Source of the DNA: Amoebidium appalachense
Lineage: Eukaryota; Protista; Ichthyosporea
Direction: 5' to 3'
Assembly: GCA_963693365.1 (NCBI GenBank)
Contig: CAVNZM010000008.1
Coordinates: 6,892,830 to 6,956,829 of the forward strand
DNA: 64,000 nucleotides
The notes below the pieces were generated by a model that was given only the letters and a program-made list of their open reading frames with translations, ran no database searches and was not told the origin of the DNA. Position 1 is the stretch's first letter, and every line of letters begins with the position of its first letter. Shown one piece after another: positions 31,037 to 51,839 of the stretch. Made by a program: the position numbers and the translations under genes.

Positions 31037-32799
31037 GCAAAGAAACGTCTTTATGTGCTCTTCTTACCGTCTATTGTCATATTGTATGTGTCCTTACAGT
31101 GATTTTATGACGTTTGATGTATGATATCATTATCATACATGGAACATGCCATTATGCATGTAAGGATGGTTTTATGACGCACCAAAAAGCACATTGTGCA
31201 TGTGCATAGCACACCGTTACAACATATGCAAGTGCACATTACGACGTCAAATGTATTAATATGCGTCATCTACATTATATGTCGTAATGTCCTCCTATGC
31301 ATCTGTTTACAACATCGTAATGTAATCTGTAGTAGGATGCAAATCACATCTTATGATAGGTCATGGGATAGCACAAACCCACCCATGGTATATCCACTGG
31401 TTGTGTTTCGGATGTCGGAAAGGGCGCCGGAACGATTGGATTTCGATCTATTTTTATAATCAACTGGATGGGTTTGCAGTGCTCCATTGCATTGCTTTAC
31501 AACATACAATAGACATACATGTGATAGTCATAGGTATTTGATCAAGAGAGTATTAATACCATACATTCGATATGTTTACAATGCTCCGTTATATGGCTTT
31601 ACATCAGACCATAGACATGCATAAGATCGTCCACAGGGTGGCGTTTTGATCCTCCCGTAGACGGTGTTACGACTGTCTGAATGCTCCCTGGCCGCCGTCA
31701 TATACCCACCGACTAGACGTCGTATGTTGAATCTATTGCACGTCCATTGCACGTCAGTAAGATGGCTACATTGCACATCCATTGAACAAGCACTCGCGGG
31801 GGTCTATGTACGTCCATTGGTGCATCGGGTGTCGGACCGAGCATATTACGACACATCCATTGGACATCGGGGAGCAATGATATGTATTTGGGGTTAGTTT
31901 TGGAGGGGTTGAGGGGTTTCCGATGTCGTCGGGTAGTTTACGACAGCTTTTGGATGCCGCAACAAGATTGCTGATGGCCCATTGCTCCTTGTCCAGGTCA
32001 AGCTCCTTCGATGTTTCCTTAATGTTTCTCAGCTCTGAGCCATTCTCATGGCCCAAGATGTCGTGTCTAGTTTTCACAAAGAGGCGACTATCGTCACTGA
32101 GGCAGGTATAGTTGTTGATGCACACTGCTGTGATTCTAGAGCTTCCTGCCGCTACGTATTTGAAACTGATAACTTCTGCCCACGTCTGGCTTGTTGGGCA
32201 AAAAATCTCAATATCGGTCCCCGCCATAACTTTGTGACAGGCCAAACTTGAAGCAAACCGCTGAGAGAAACGTCGTTTCCACACCTGACAGTCTGTCAAA
32301 AATAAATAGGCTGGCACACAGCAAATTCCACGTTTAACACAACCAATCAATCGTAACTGGTTTGCACTCCTTGACCGAACCCAAGTTTTGCGGATATAGT
32401 TTTCATTGGTTATAGTAGGCCGTCTTGCATCGACGACCTACCGAGATGGGTAGATGCTTTTCACAACTTACTGTGTGCCGGCGAAGTATAAACTCGCTAA
32501 TACCTTGAACAACTTGGTGCAGTAAACGGCAAAAAAATGTTTAAATTAGTTATTTTTGGCTATAAACTTATAAATCTAAGTATTTCTGCCCTACTATATG
32601 GTTTTTTGCTATTCATTCACCCCATGGGCTTAATTCTCTATCCAGGGTCCCGGAGGGTACGCGGCGGCTATTGGTTGCCGGTCCGAATCGGCTCCTGAGA
32701 AGTCATATGAGCCGATTGGATGCGGGTATGCACATACGCCAAATGATTGGATGCGGGTATGCGCAGGTCAATTTCCCATTTCCACACAAATGGCCATAT

Positions 32800-32868
<69 letters not shown>

Positions 32869-32989
32869 AGAAAAGGGAGAGAGAGGGGAGAGCGCAAAGA
32901 AGGTAAGCAGACACGAATACAAACAAAGCTAAGACACATACATACTTCAAGACTCTTGCTGTCCTACGTAGTGACGTATTCCAACAGCA

Positions 32990-33390
32990 GCATAGACCAG
33001 CAGGGTGCCGGACGATGTCGGCCACGGCTGCAGACGGTTGGCGGCACAAAATTGGACGTATCGATACACATCTGACTGATAGACTCTCCAGGTCTTGTCG
33101 CTAAGAAAACCCTCCAGCAACAAACTGGCCTCGGCCCGAACCCCTTCCGGCATAGAGGCCACCACAGCTGCCTTCCACTCCTGGAAGTTGCCCAGGGCAG
33201 GGGCCTGCAACGGGCCCACCGGCACCGGTGTTGGCGCCGGGGCAGCCGGCCTGGCCGGGGGCGGAGGAGGGAGGATAGCAGCTGCGGGGGCCGGCTGTGG
33301 CGGTTCGGGCGCGGGGTCTGGCTGGTTGTTGACTGGGCCTAGCTGCGGCGCAGGGACTGGCCGTTGGGCCGGCACGGGCGGATAGAAATT
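32990..33390 (-). pseudogene. N-terminal fragment of a second YR-retroelement recombinase
   Basis: ASLLLEGFLSDKTWRVYQSDVYRYVQFCAANRLQPWP resembles the DIRS/PAT YR N-terminal domain. It is cut by an LTR-like start (TGTTGGAATACG) at ~32986. Confidence 0.6.
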
Positions 33391-33404
33391 TATAAACGCA
33401 TGCA

Positions 33405-34430
33405 ACATGATTTATTATTTTCCCCACACTAATCATGACAGTAATATACAAGAGGCGACGAGCGCACTGCCCGCCGCAAGTGCCCCGGCCCACTGGCCGG
33501 GGGTGCGGCACTACTGCCGCGAGGCACCGCCGGTCGTCATGCCGGCGGCGCCCCCGCTGGGGGGAGGCCCACGGCCCCCTGCCCTTTTTCCGTCCAAGCC
33601 CCCACGTGGGGCACCACCATCGCTGCCACAGGCCCCCTTGGCACGCTGCACCAGGTTGAGCTCGGCCTCTTTCTTTCTTGCCTCCGCAAGGGCCCTGGAC
33701 CATCTTGACGAGAGCTGGGGGTAATAGTCGCGCTCCATCAAGTTGGCCCGCACGACCTGGGGAAACGCACCACCCTCAGTAGCCCTGATGTGCTGGTAAG
33801 TCACACGTTCGTCTACCAGGTTGAGGATGTCGCCCACCATGCTCCATGTCAGGTCGAGCCGCCGCCGCAGGTGGGTAGCTTCGTCTTCGTCAGGCAGCCG
33901 CGGTATAGCAGCCACGGCGTTGTAGAGATGCAGGAGGGCGTTGCCCAAGCCCCCGGTAAACTCCATTTCTTCACGGACCGCCTGGCTGAGTTCACTGCGC
34001 TCAAACCCTAGGTGCTCAACAGGAATCGGACCAGGCCCGTTGCTGAGGGAGTCCTCCACCACGAAACGGGCAAAGCCGCCGAAGGCAGGGTGCATGGTTA
34101 CCAAAGCTTGGCGTTGCACCGGCACCAACGGCAGTTCGGAGAAGCCCCAGTTGCGCCCAAGTCGCTCACGGCGGGCCTCGTTACTCTCGGCAGCATCGCC
34201 AGAAATGAGGCGGCGGAGATCCGCAAGTTAAGCTGAGTAGTTGGCGTCCATTCTAGTCACTACTAGAGTGGCGGGAGCAACGACGTGCAGGACGGAAAGT
34301 TTTAAGTATACAGGCGCACTGCCACAAGATTGCTACCTAATCACCAACCGTCACTGCTAGAGAGAGCAGCGACGGGGGACAAAAAGTGAGGGTGATTTAA
34401 TCATCACCCGCTTTTTATAGTACCCTAAAA
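33405..34430 (-). mobile_element. Short non-autonomous YR-retroelement-like unit (gag-like ORF + terminal repeat)
   Basis: TATAAA at ~34418, ORF ~34252-33511 with one stop, then the terminus gtatattactgtcatgattagtgtggggaaaataataaat, which resembles PAT/Ngaro ends as I recall them. Confidence 0.5.
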
Positions 34431-34892
34431 ATTCTGCTACTGTGCCTGTTGGGTGGTCACTTCGATCTCCCAATATGGCACTACTAAGTTTAGAAAACCT
34501 GGATTTCCCAAATCAACGATTCGAATCTGAATGTGATGACGTATCACAATAGCCTGCGCCAAGGCCGTGTGTTCAGAGGGCCATGGGCCAACCTGCAGAT
34601 CTTGGTCAGTCAGTTGTGGCCCACATAGTGGGATTGGGCCACTTTTCGAACCCTGGCAGTTTCTGTGTAGATGAGCCACGATTGCCCATACATGGCAATG
34701 TCAACAAACACTGGATCTGCGATATGATTGGCTAAGCAAAGGTGTGTCGTGCTCACTTACTTGCTTTGCAAACCGTGCGACCTCAGATGTCAACTTTGAA
34801 GGCGCCACAGTCATGGCACCAAACGCCCGTCACACCCGCCAGCTGCAGACATACCCTCTAGCGTGCGCTTTTCTTGAAGTCTGCTGGGCAAC

Positions 34893-35409
34893 ATGCTGGC
34901 TACTGTGGGCCTGCGTGCCCTCCTACGGCCCAGAGGGGAACTGTGCCTGCAGGTAGCTGCACGCAACATGACCACTCAGCCAGAGCCCGCAGGTGGTGGG
35001 TGTGTCCGTGCCAGTGGGGGCAGTGGGTTGGTTAGGGCCCCGCTGACAATGAGATAAGTGCACCGCGCGAACACACACAGGCACACCATACAAGCACGTG
35101 CATACATCCACACATGCACGCGCATAAACCCACACATGCACGCGCATAAACCCACACCGGCACTTGTATACACCCACACGTAGCAGCAGGGTTGCAGCGG
35201 GAGTTTAGTGTGCGGCCCGAGGCCGGGTGCCCGCTGTCTCCTGCGGACCTCGACTTCTACGAGCAGCACGGCTACCTGCTGGTCAAGGGCCTGCTGGGCG
35301 CCAAGGAGATAGACACCGTCAACAAACGCTTCAGCGACATAGCAAACGGCAGGGTGCGTGGGTGGGAAGGGTTCTGAAGCAGGTGGCTGGGGGGAAAAGG
35401 GGAGGAGGG

Positions 35410-35440
<31 letters not shown>

Positions 35441-35860
35441 AAGGGTAGGGGGGTTGCCAAAACCTGCAATGGCGTCGACAGTGGAGGGACGCTCAGAAGC
35501 TGTGTGCTGACGGGCTGCGGCAGGTGCCGTACTCTGGGATGGTGATGATGAAGGACATAGAGCTGGTCAAGAGGGCAAAGAAGACCGGTGAGAGGCTGGT
35601 GGGGGAGCAGGTCGTCACAAAGCTGCAGGTGGGCGTCGGGTGTTGAGGTGCATATGTGGGTGCATACGTGGGTGCATACGTGGGTGCTGTACTGACTTCA
35701 TGCATGGTTGGTTATTTCAAAAATGGGCCACTGTTGAAGTGGCTCTGTGCTTACCTTTACTTAAGGAAAAGACGTAGGGTGCACGTTTTGTTTGGTTTGC
35801 ATTTGCTGCTCTTTATTCTTTCCCATCTGCCCACCAGCTTAGAATTGTACTTTTCTAACC

Positions 35861-35928
<68 letters not shown>

Positions 35929-37330
35929 ACACACACCCACCCCTCACACAAACGGCTCGCGCTGGCACCCTGCACGTGCGCAGGACTGGGTGCAGGACCA
36001 GGTGCTGTTTGGCTACTGCCGGCTGCCGCAGATACTCGACTACGTGAAGGCCTTTGTGGGCTACCAGGGTGCAAAGGCCATCCACACCATGTACATAAAC
36101 AAGCCCCCAGACCTGGGCCAGGTAACCAGGGGGAAATGGGGGGAGTGGGGGCACAAGGGCTGCGGGACTAAGGGGGGGGAGGGGGCGGCCCTGTGTGTGT
36201 GCAGGGCAGCAGCAGGCACCCACTGCACCAGGACCTGTGGTACTTCCCCCTGCGGCCATCCAATCGCATAGTGGCCGCCTGGACGGCCCTGGAGTACATC
36301 GACCGCACAAACGGCTGCCTGGTCGTGCGCCCGGGCAGCCACCGCAGCCCCCTGTACGTGCACGAGTACCCGGACGACGGCATAGTCAACAGGGTCCGTG
36401 CCCAGGGGGGGAGAGAGGTGTTGTTGGGGCTAAGTGCTGACCCCCCCCCCCCCCCCCCCCAGGCCTACCACGGTATCCAGGGCATGACGGCAGAGGCAGC
36501 GGCTGAGCAGCAGGAGGCAGTCGTCATGGAGCCCGGTAAGGGGGGCAGGGGGGGTCTTTTTTGTTTCGTGGTGGGGGAGAGAGGGTTGATGTAAGGTTTT
36601 GGTTTTGGTCCCCCTGCAATCCCATCCGCTCCCCCCTCCCCCCCCCCCCCCCCCCCCCCCCCTTTTATATTTTCCCTGGGCGAAAGGGGTAAGGCATGGG
36701 GCAGGGTTCGTGTCCAGCTGCTGACGTCACCACAGGGGACACCATCTTCTTCCACCCGCTGCTTATCCACGGGTCCGGGCGCAACTCGTCCACACGCAAC
36801 CGCAAAGCCATCAGCTGCCACTATGCCGGGGCAGAGTGCAGATACGTGGACCTGGCCGGCACCATACAGGTAGGCCCCAACACACTTGTTGTCCCACGCC
36901 CGTCACCCCACATCCCCTTAACCCCACACCCCTTTTCCTCAGCACCCTTTCCTACAAAAATACCGTATCTCTTACCCGCACAACAACACTCCCAAGCTTA
37001 ATTCCCCCGAAACTCCACTCTCTTAGCACCGCACTTTAACAACCACAAACCCCCTGAACTTGACAGTCACACACCCTCAATCACCACCCTGATCCCCCCC
37101 GTGACTTCACACTCCCTATTTGCGGACTTTGATGCTTCTCCCTGCACACCTGCATGCCTACCTTGCACGCTCACACTATTCTACACGGGCAGGAGCCCAT
37201 CGTGCAGGAGATCTTGGACATGGCCATACGGCAGTACGGTATGCCGTCCAGCACGACCTTCAACCAGATATGGCGGGGCAAGAGCAGGACCGTCTACGGC
37301 ACCATGGACAAGCAGCCCGACGCCCTGTGA
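34893..37330 (+). CDS. PHYH: Phytanoyl-CoA dioxygenase (PhyH), 8 exons
   Basis: [91 protein letters not shown]. Exons join in frame; TGA at 37328-37330. Confidence 0.93.
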
Positions 37331-38450
37331 GCCGTGGCCGTGTGTAGGGTGTGTGTGCTCAGGTGGGCTGGGGTGTGCTGTGCCTGTGCACGGCACAACC
37401 AGCAGGCGGTCAAAGTGGAGGGGAGGAGTTCAAGTAGCCTTGGCTAGGTGGGCCTGTGGGCAAGCCCTTGAGTGGGTACTTTTCAGGTGTATGCTCTGCA
37501 CGCACCAATAACTCTAGCCTGTTGTGTATGAATGTGCATCCCAACTACTGAATCAGGGAGCTGGTTTATTTGGGGTGTGCCCGAACCTTGCCTGGCCACC
37601 CTATGCCGGTGCCTGCCTTGCACGTGTATTCCTTGCACGTGTATTCCTGTGGGCTGCATGTGGCTGATCTGCTGCAGGCACAGGCAAGGGTAAAGGGGTC
37701 AGCCTGCGTGTTCCCATAGACTATGTGTAGTATACAGGGGTCAGAAGGAACAGGCTGGGCCAGGCCCACGTGCACCCTTACCGCCTTGTTTGTGCCTTAG
37801 AATGACTTCTCAGTGTCACTCACCGCGAGAGTCGATCGGCGATCGCATGCATTGGACATTTTGGAATAATCAGGGTTCGACATTTGGGTTTCACAGTCGG
37901 GTATTCAAGTTCCGAAGGTTTGTGACGTCATGTATTTTGGCCTCGCGAAAGGTGGGGTATTTCCGGGATACACATACTTTAGAAAGGTCAGATATTCTTG
38001 CTGTATACCTATCCGCTAATATGTAAATATATCCTGCAGTTAATAGCCCCTGTCCCCCGACTGGTCACAAGCCAAAACACACATGATACACTACGGGTGA
38101 AAACTCAGTCTTGTTTTTCACCACGCGTGTAACCAGCCGCCTACCTGCACCATTGTAACCTGAAACAGCCAGTCTAAGACTTTCGTTTAGGCGTTATAAT
38201 CGCCTGTTCATCTCAGGATAGAGACATTATGTTGCTGACTAACTTCAATGAATAGAGGCGTGTGGAGCGCGCCGCGCCGCCCGCTGAAAAGCTTTACTTT
38301 GACCACATTCGCACCTGTTCCTGTGTGCTAAGTTCTCTCCGTGTCTCTAGCTTGTGGTCCTTTCTTAGATAAGTTTCTCTCGTGGGGATTTCTCTTACGG
38401 TCATTTCCCCTCTTGGGGCGCCCGCGCACCCAAGGCTTCTAGAGATCTGA

Positions 38451-39300
<850 letters not shown>

Positions 39301-39643
39301 CCCCCCTCCCTCCTACGGACCCCCGGCCAGCTCCGGCCCCAGGCACCCAGCCAACTTTCCAAACGTCCTTTGTCTCCCTCCTCCCCCTCCTCTCCCACAC
39401 ACACACACACAGTATGTATCTTCCTTCTCTGACCCTCTGTTCAACCCCCCTCCCCCCTCCCCCCCCCCCCCCCCCCCCCCCCCCACCCCACCCCAACTCC
39501 CCTCCCGCCCTTCCTCCAATCCTCCGCTCCCTTCCCTCATTACCTGCAAATGGCACTGCGAGTCAAAGAGACTTACATGTAGCTAAGCACCTTTCAAACC
39601 CTCTCTTGCGCATTGTGGTATACTGATGATAGCCTTCCCAATC

Positions 39644-39686
<43 letters not shown>

Positions 39687-40283
39687 ACATCCGATCCGGC
39701 CGGGTCCACCAAGAGCCCGAGGCTGAGCCGCTGACCGAAATCCAAATAGGTATACGAATAGAACGAGATATTGCAATTCAGAGATAGACAATGTCACTCG
39801 ATGCCTCCAATTTCCGGGATTGAATAGACCCCCAGAAACAGTGCTTTATCATGTAGGTAACTGCACAGAGGCAGCCAGGAAAACATATATAGACACAACA
39901 ACCTTGTATGTTACCCTATAACCCTTGTGTATGCCATAGTACCCTAGTCGGCCAAGGTAGAGTACCCCGTCCCTCAGCAATTGGGGTATTTTGTTTTCGG
40001 GGTGGGGTATTTTGTAGGGTATTTTTCGGGTATTGTCTAACCCTGTTTGGAATGTGTAATCGGCATCATGGTGACCTCTGATTGGAGGGATAAAACAAAA
40101 TATTTCGAGCCTGGCTCATCACTGCAAATTCAGCATCACAGCACAGCGGGCACACAGAACTGGTGAAGCATGGCAACACACCGTGACACAGCCAGCTAGC
40201 AGAGACCGGCGCCCAACACATACGGACTCTAAACACACACACGGCCAGCACATACACTCGCTCGTAATACACACAGAGCCAAC

Positions 40284-48280
<7,997 letters not shown>

Positions 48281-49573
48281 GCGCATGAAAATGTACACAA
48301 GAATGTATGGTGGGCCGCACAGGGGGATACACACATGGACGGGATGGGGGGGGGGCATATGTGGCGTGTAGGGGGGGGGGGGGGGGGGGGGGGGGGAGGT
48401 TATGGCAATTAAAGAATGCACCATGCAGGCAGGTACTCGAACAGTTGTGCGGCAATTAAAGAATGCACCATGCAAGGCTACGCCGTGTTGTGCAGCAATT
48501 AAAGAATGCACCATGCAAGGCTATGCGGTGTTTTGCGGCAATTAAAGAATACAGAGACTATGCGGTGTTGTGCAACAGGTATGGTTGCAGGCATAGGTCC
48601 CTGGGTAAGCAGGGCCAGGGGGGGGGAGGGGGGGGGCACATCTGGAGACTTGAGGACAGGGGACAAGGCAATGGGCATGTTGCAGTTAGGCACGCATAGC
48701 CGTGGACAGGACAGGCACATGCACGTGCCCTTGCGTGGACCTGGCCCCAGAAGGGTTCGTGATGGTGACACGTGTGCACGCGCACAAGCATGCACCTGCC
48801 TGTGGGTGCATGCCTGCACGTGCATGCATGGTGCCAACACCCCAGCTGCTGTGCTGCCTCACGGCATGGCCAGCTACACTGCCCTTTTCTTGGGTATTTG
48901 TACGGGGATTATGCATGGGGTCATGCCGGCATAGGTGTTAGTCCAACACACGGTGCTGGCCCACTGGCTGGGGCATGCCCAGTGTGCCGTGCCACATATT
49001 GGCCCCCACAGCCACACCATGCCACTAGTACTAGCATAGCGCCTAGACCCCTGCTGCCACAGGTCACCCCCCCCACCTGCCAGGGCTATCCACTAGGGGG
49101 GCACCAAGACAGGACTAGGCCGGCACCAAGCAGAGAACAGTGCTCAGGCAGGGCTGCAGCATGGTGTGGTGCCTCATTAATGGGGCACAGAGGCAACGGG
49201 TACAGCCCCCCTGCACGCCAATATAATGCGCCCTACCAGGCTATGATGGGCCAAACTCGATCCTCATGTCACGGCCACTTTATTGACCCCTCCCATCACC
49301 ATATGGACCCCCACCAGCCCACCCCCAATGAACCGCGCACCAGGCCACTTTTATGAACCCTCTTCCCCCCCCCACCTCAAGAACTCCAATGAACCCTCAA
49401 CCCTTCCCCCCTTGCCCCTCTAATGGACCCCCCCTACACCCTTGCTAGCCCCATGGATCCTCCCTACTCCCTGCTTGCCCCATGGACCCCCCCTACTCCC
49501 TAATGGCCATGGACCCCGCTACTCCCTAATAGCCATGGACCCCCCCTACTCCCTGCTAGCCCCATGGACCCCC

Positions 49574-51775
49574 CTACTCTCTAATGGCCACGGGCACGAC
49601 CCTAGTGGGGTCAGCCACACAGTGCTCCTCCATGTTGAGGGCGGCCCGCCCAGTCCACAGCCCGGCTGCAGCATGGATGCTGTCGTACCTGCGTGGGGGG
49701 GGGGGGGGGGGGGGGAGAGAAGGGAGGTTGTGTGGGAGGGGGGGGGGGAGACAGTCACCACTTAATACCGCATTCCATGCATTCCATATAGGGCCTTCCC
49801 CTCCCCCCCCCCCCCCCTCCCCCCCCCACAGTGACCCTCCCCCCCCCCAAACATTGAGACCTCCCATAATGCACCGTCTAGCTGTAGTTGCCTCCTGCAT
49901 AAACCTTTTTAGGAAAGATGTTTGCAAAATCAGGTAGGGTACCTGGGTCCCATGGAAGGTCGTTATATAAACCACAAGTTGAACAGCTATTTTAAGTGTC
50001 TTCCCTGGTGCCTAAGGTTGGATTTTACGCGCATTTTGATTTGGAGATCGCTAGTCAGGGGTACAATCGGTGTGCCGCTAATCGAGGCAGAGAGACCAAG
50101 CCTCGGGTGGTGGCTGTTTCTGCTCAATTTTTGGCCTTAGCAATATATCAGGTAGATATAGCCGAGAGTTAAGGACAAATGAAGGTGCAAACATGCCAAA
50201 TTAAGGTACACAGGTGAACGTGCACACCCCAACAGGCACATGCACGCACCTCTCGACCTTGTGCCAGTTGCCGCTGTTGTCGCAGTCCAAGGGGGTGGCC
50301 GTCTTGGTCTTGCCCAGCTGCACCTGCAGGGTGGCGGTATTAAAACGTGTGGTATTGCCTCAGCATGTGATATTACATGTGATGTTACCTCAGCATGTGG
50401 TTCTACCTCAGCATGTGATATTACATGTGGTGTCACCTCAGCATGTGATATTACATGTGGTGTTACCTCAGCATGTGGTTCTACCTCAGCATGTGATATT
50501 ACATGTGGTGTTACCTCAGCATGTGATATTACATCATGTGATATTACCTCAGCATGTGGTTCTACCTCAGCATGTGATATTACACGTGGTGTTACCTCAG
50601 CATGTGATATTACCTCATGTGATATACATGTGGTATTACCTCAGCATGTGGTTCTACCTCAGCATGTGGTACTGCCTCAATGATATTACATGTGATATAA
50701 CCTCAACATGTGGTATTACATGTGATGGGCCTCAGCATGTGATATTACCTCATGTGATATTACATGTGATATTACCTCAGCATGTGGTTCTACCTCAGCA
50801 TGTGGTACTGCCTCAACATGTGATATTACCTCAGCATGTGATATAACCCCAGCATGTGATGGCACGGCGTGGTGGCTGGCCGGGTCACAGCCCGCAGACA
50901 AGCAAATGAGCTGGTGAGCACTGGTTGTGTTCCATTGGGCCCGCATTGAGAAACAATGGGCGCCTTAGTGGCCAGTCATTGCTTTGTGTGTGAAGGGGAG
51001 TGCAGGTTATCAAGGTGTGTGTGTGTGGTGGGGGGGGAGTTCCAACCCACCTTGACCTCGACCAGGCAGCCCGGCCTGCGCCCCGTGAACCGTCTGGCCT
51101 TGTTGATGTCCCGGCTCACATAGACCCCTGGGCCCAGCATGAGCCCCCCCGCCTCGTTCCTCTTGAACCCCCCCTGCAGGATGGCCAGGGCAGCCTGCGT
51201 GCCCCCCTTGACCCCGTGGTAGGCCGTCACCACCCCACAGCCCTTGCCCTCCCCATGCCCCCGCTGCTGGCAGTCCCGGCACCTGGAAAGGGGGGGGGAG
51301 GGGGGGGGAGGGGCGGGGGGGGTCAGAGCTTTGAGGGAGGCCTGGGGGGGAGGGGGGGTGGGAGGATGATTGGTTGCTATGTGGGTAGTGGGCAGGCAGC
51401 AAATGGAGTAGGAGCAAATAGGCTTGTGGGTGTGCAGCACATGCAGGCAGTAGTGGTGCAAGGGTATCTTGCGGATGCACCAGCAACGTGAAAGGTGTGT
51501 GTTCTGCTGACTCTGGCTACTAGGGGGTGGGGCGGAAAAGGAAAAGAAAGAGGGGTGTATGGGACTCACACGTGCATGGCCGTGGTGTGGCTGGTGGCAC
51601 TGCAGTGCAGGCAGGGGGGGTGGCTGTGGGCTGCAAAGTGGCTGCTGTTTGCTGCCGTGGCGGCACAGCCCAGGCCCTGGGGGCAGGGGGGCGCAGTGGT
51701 GGTGGCCGTGATCACGGGGTGATGGCTACCCTGTGGAGACACATGGGGTCACCAAGCTGCATGGTGTTAGGGAGA

Positions 51776-51839
<64 letters not shown>

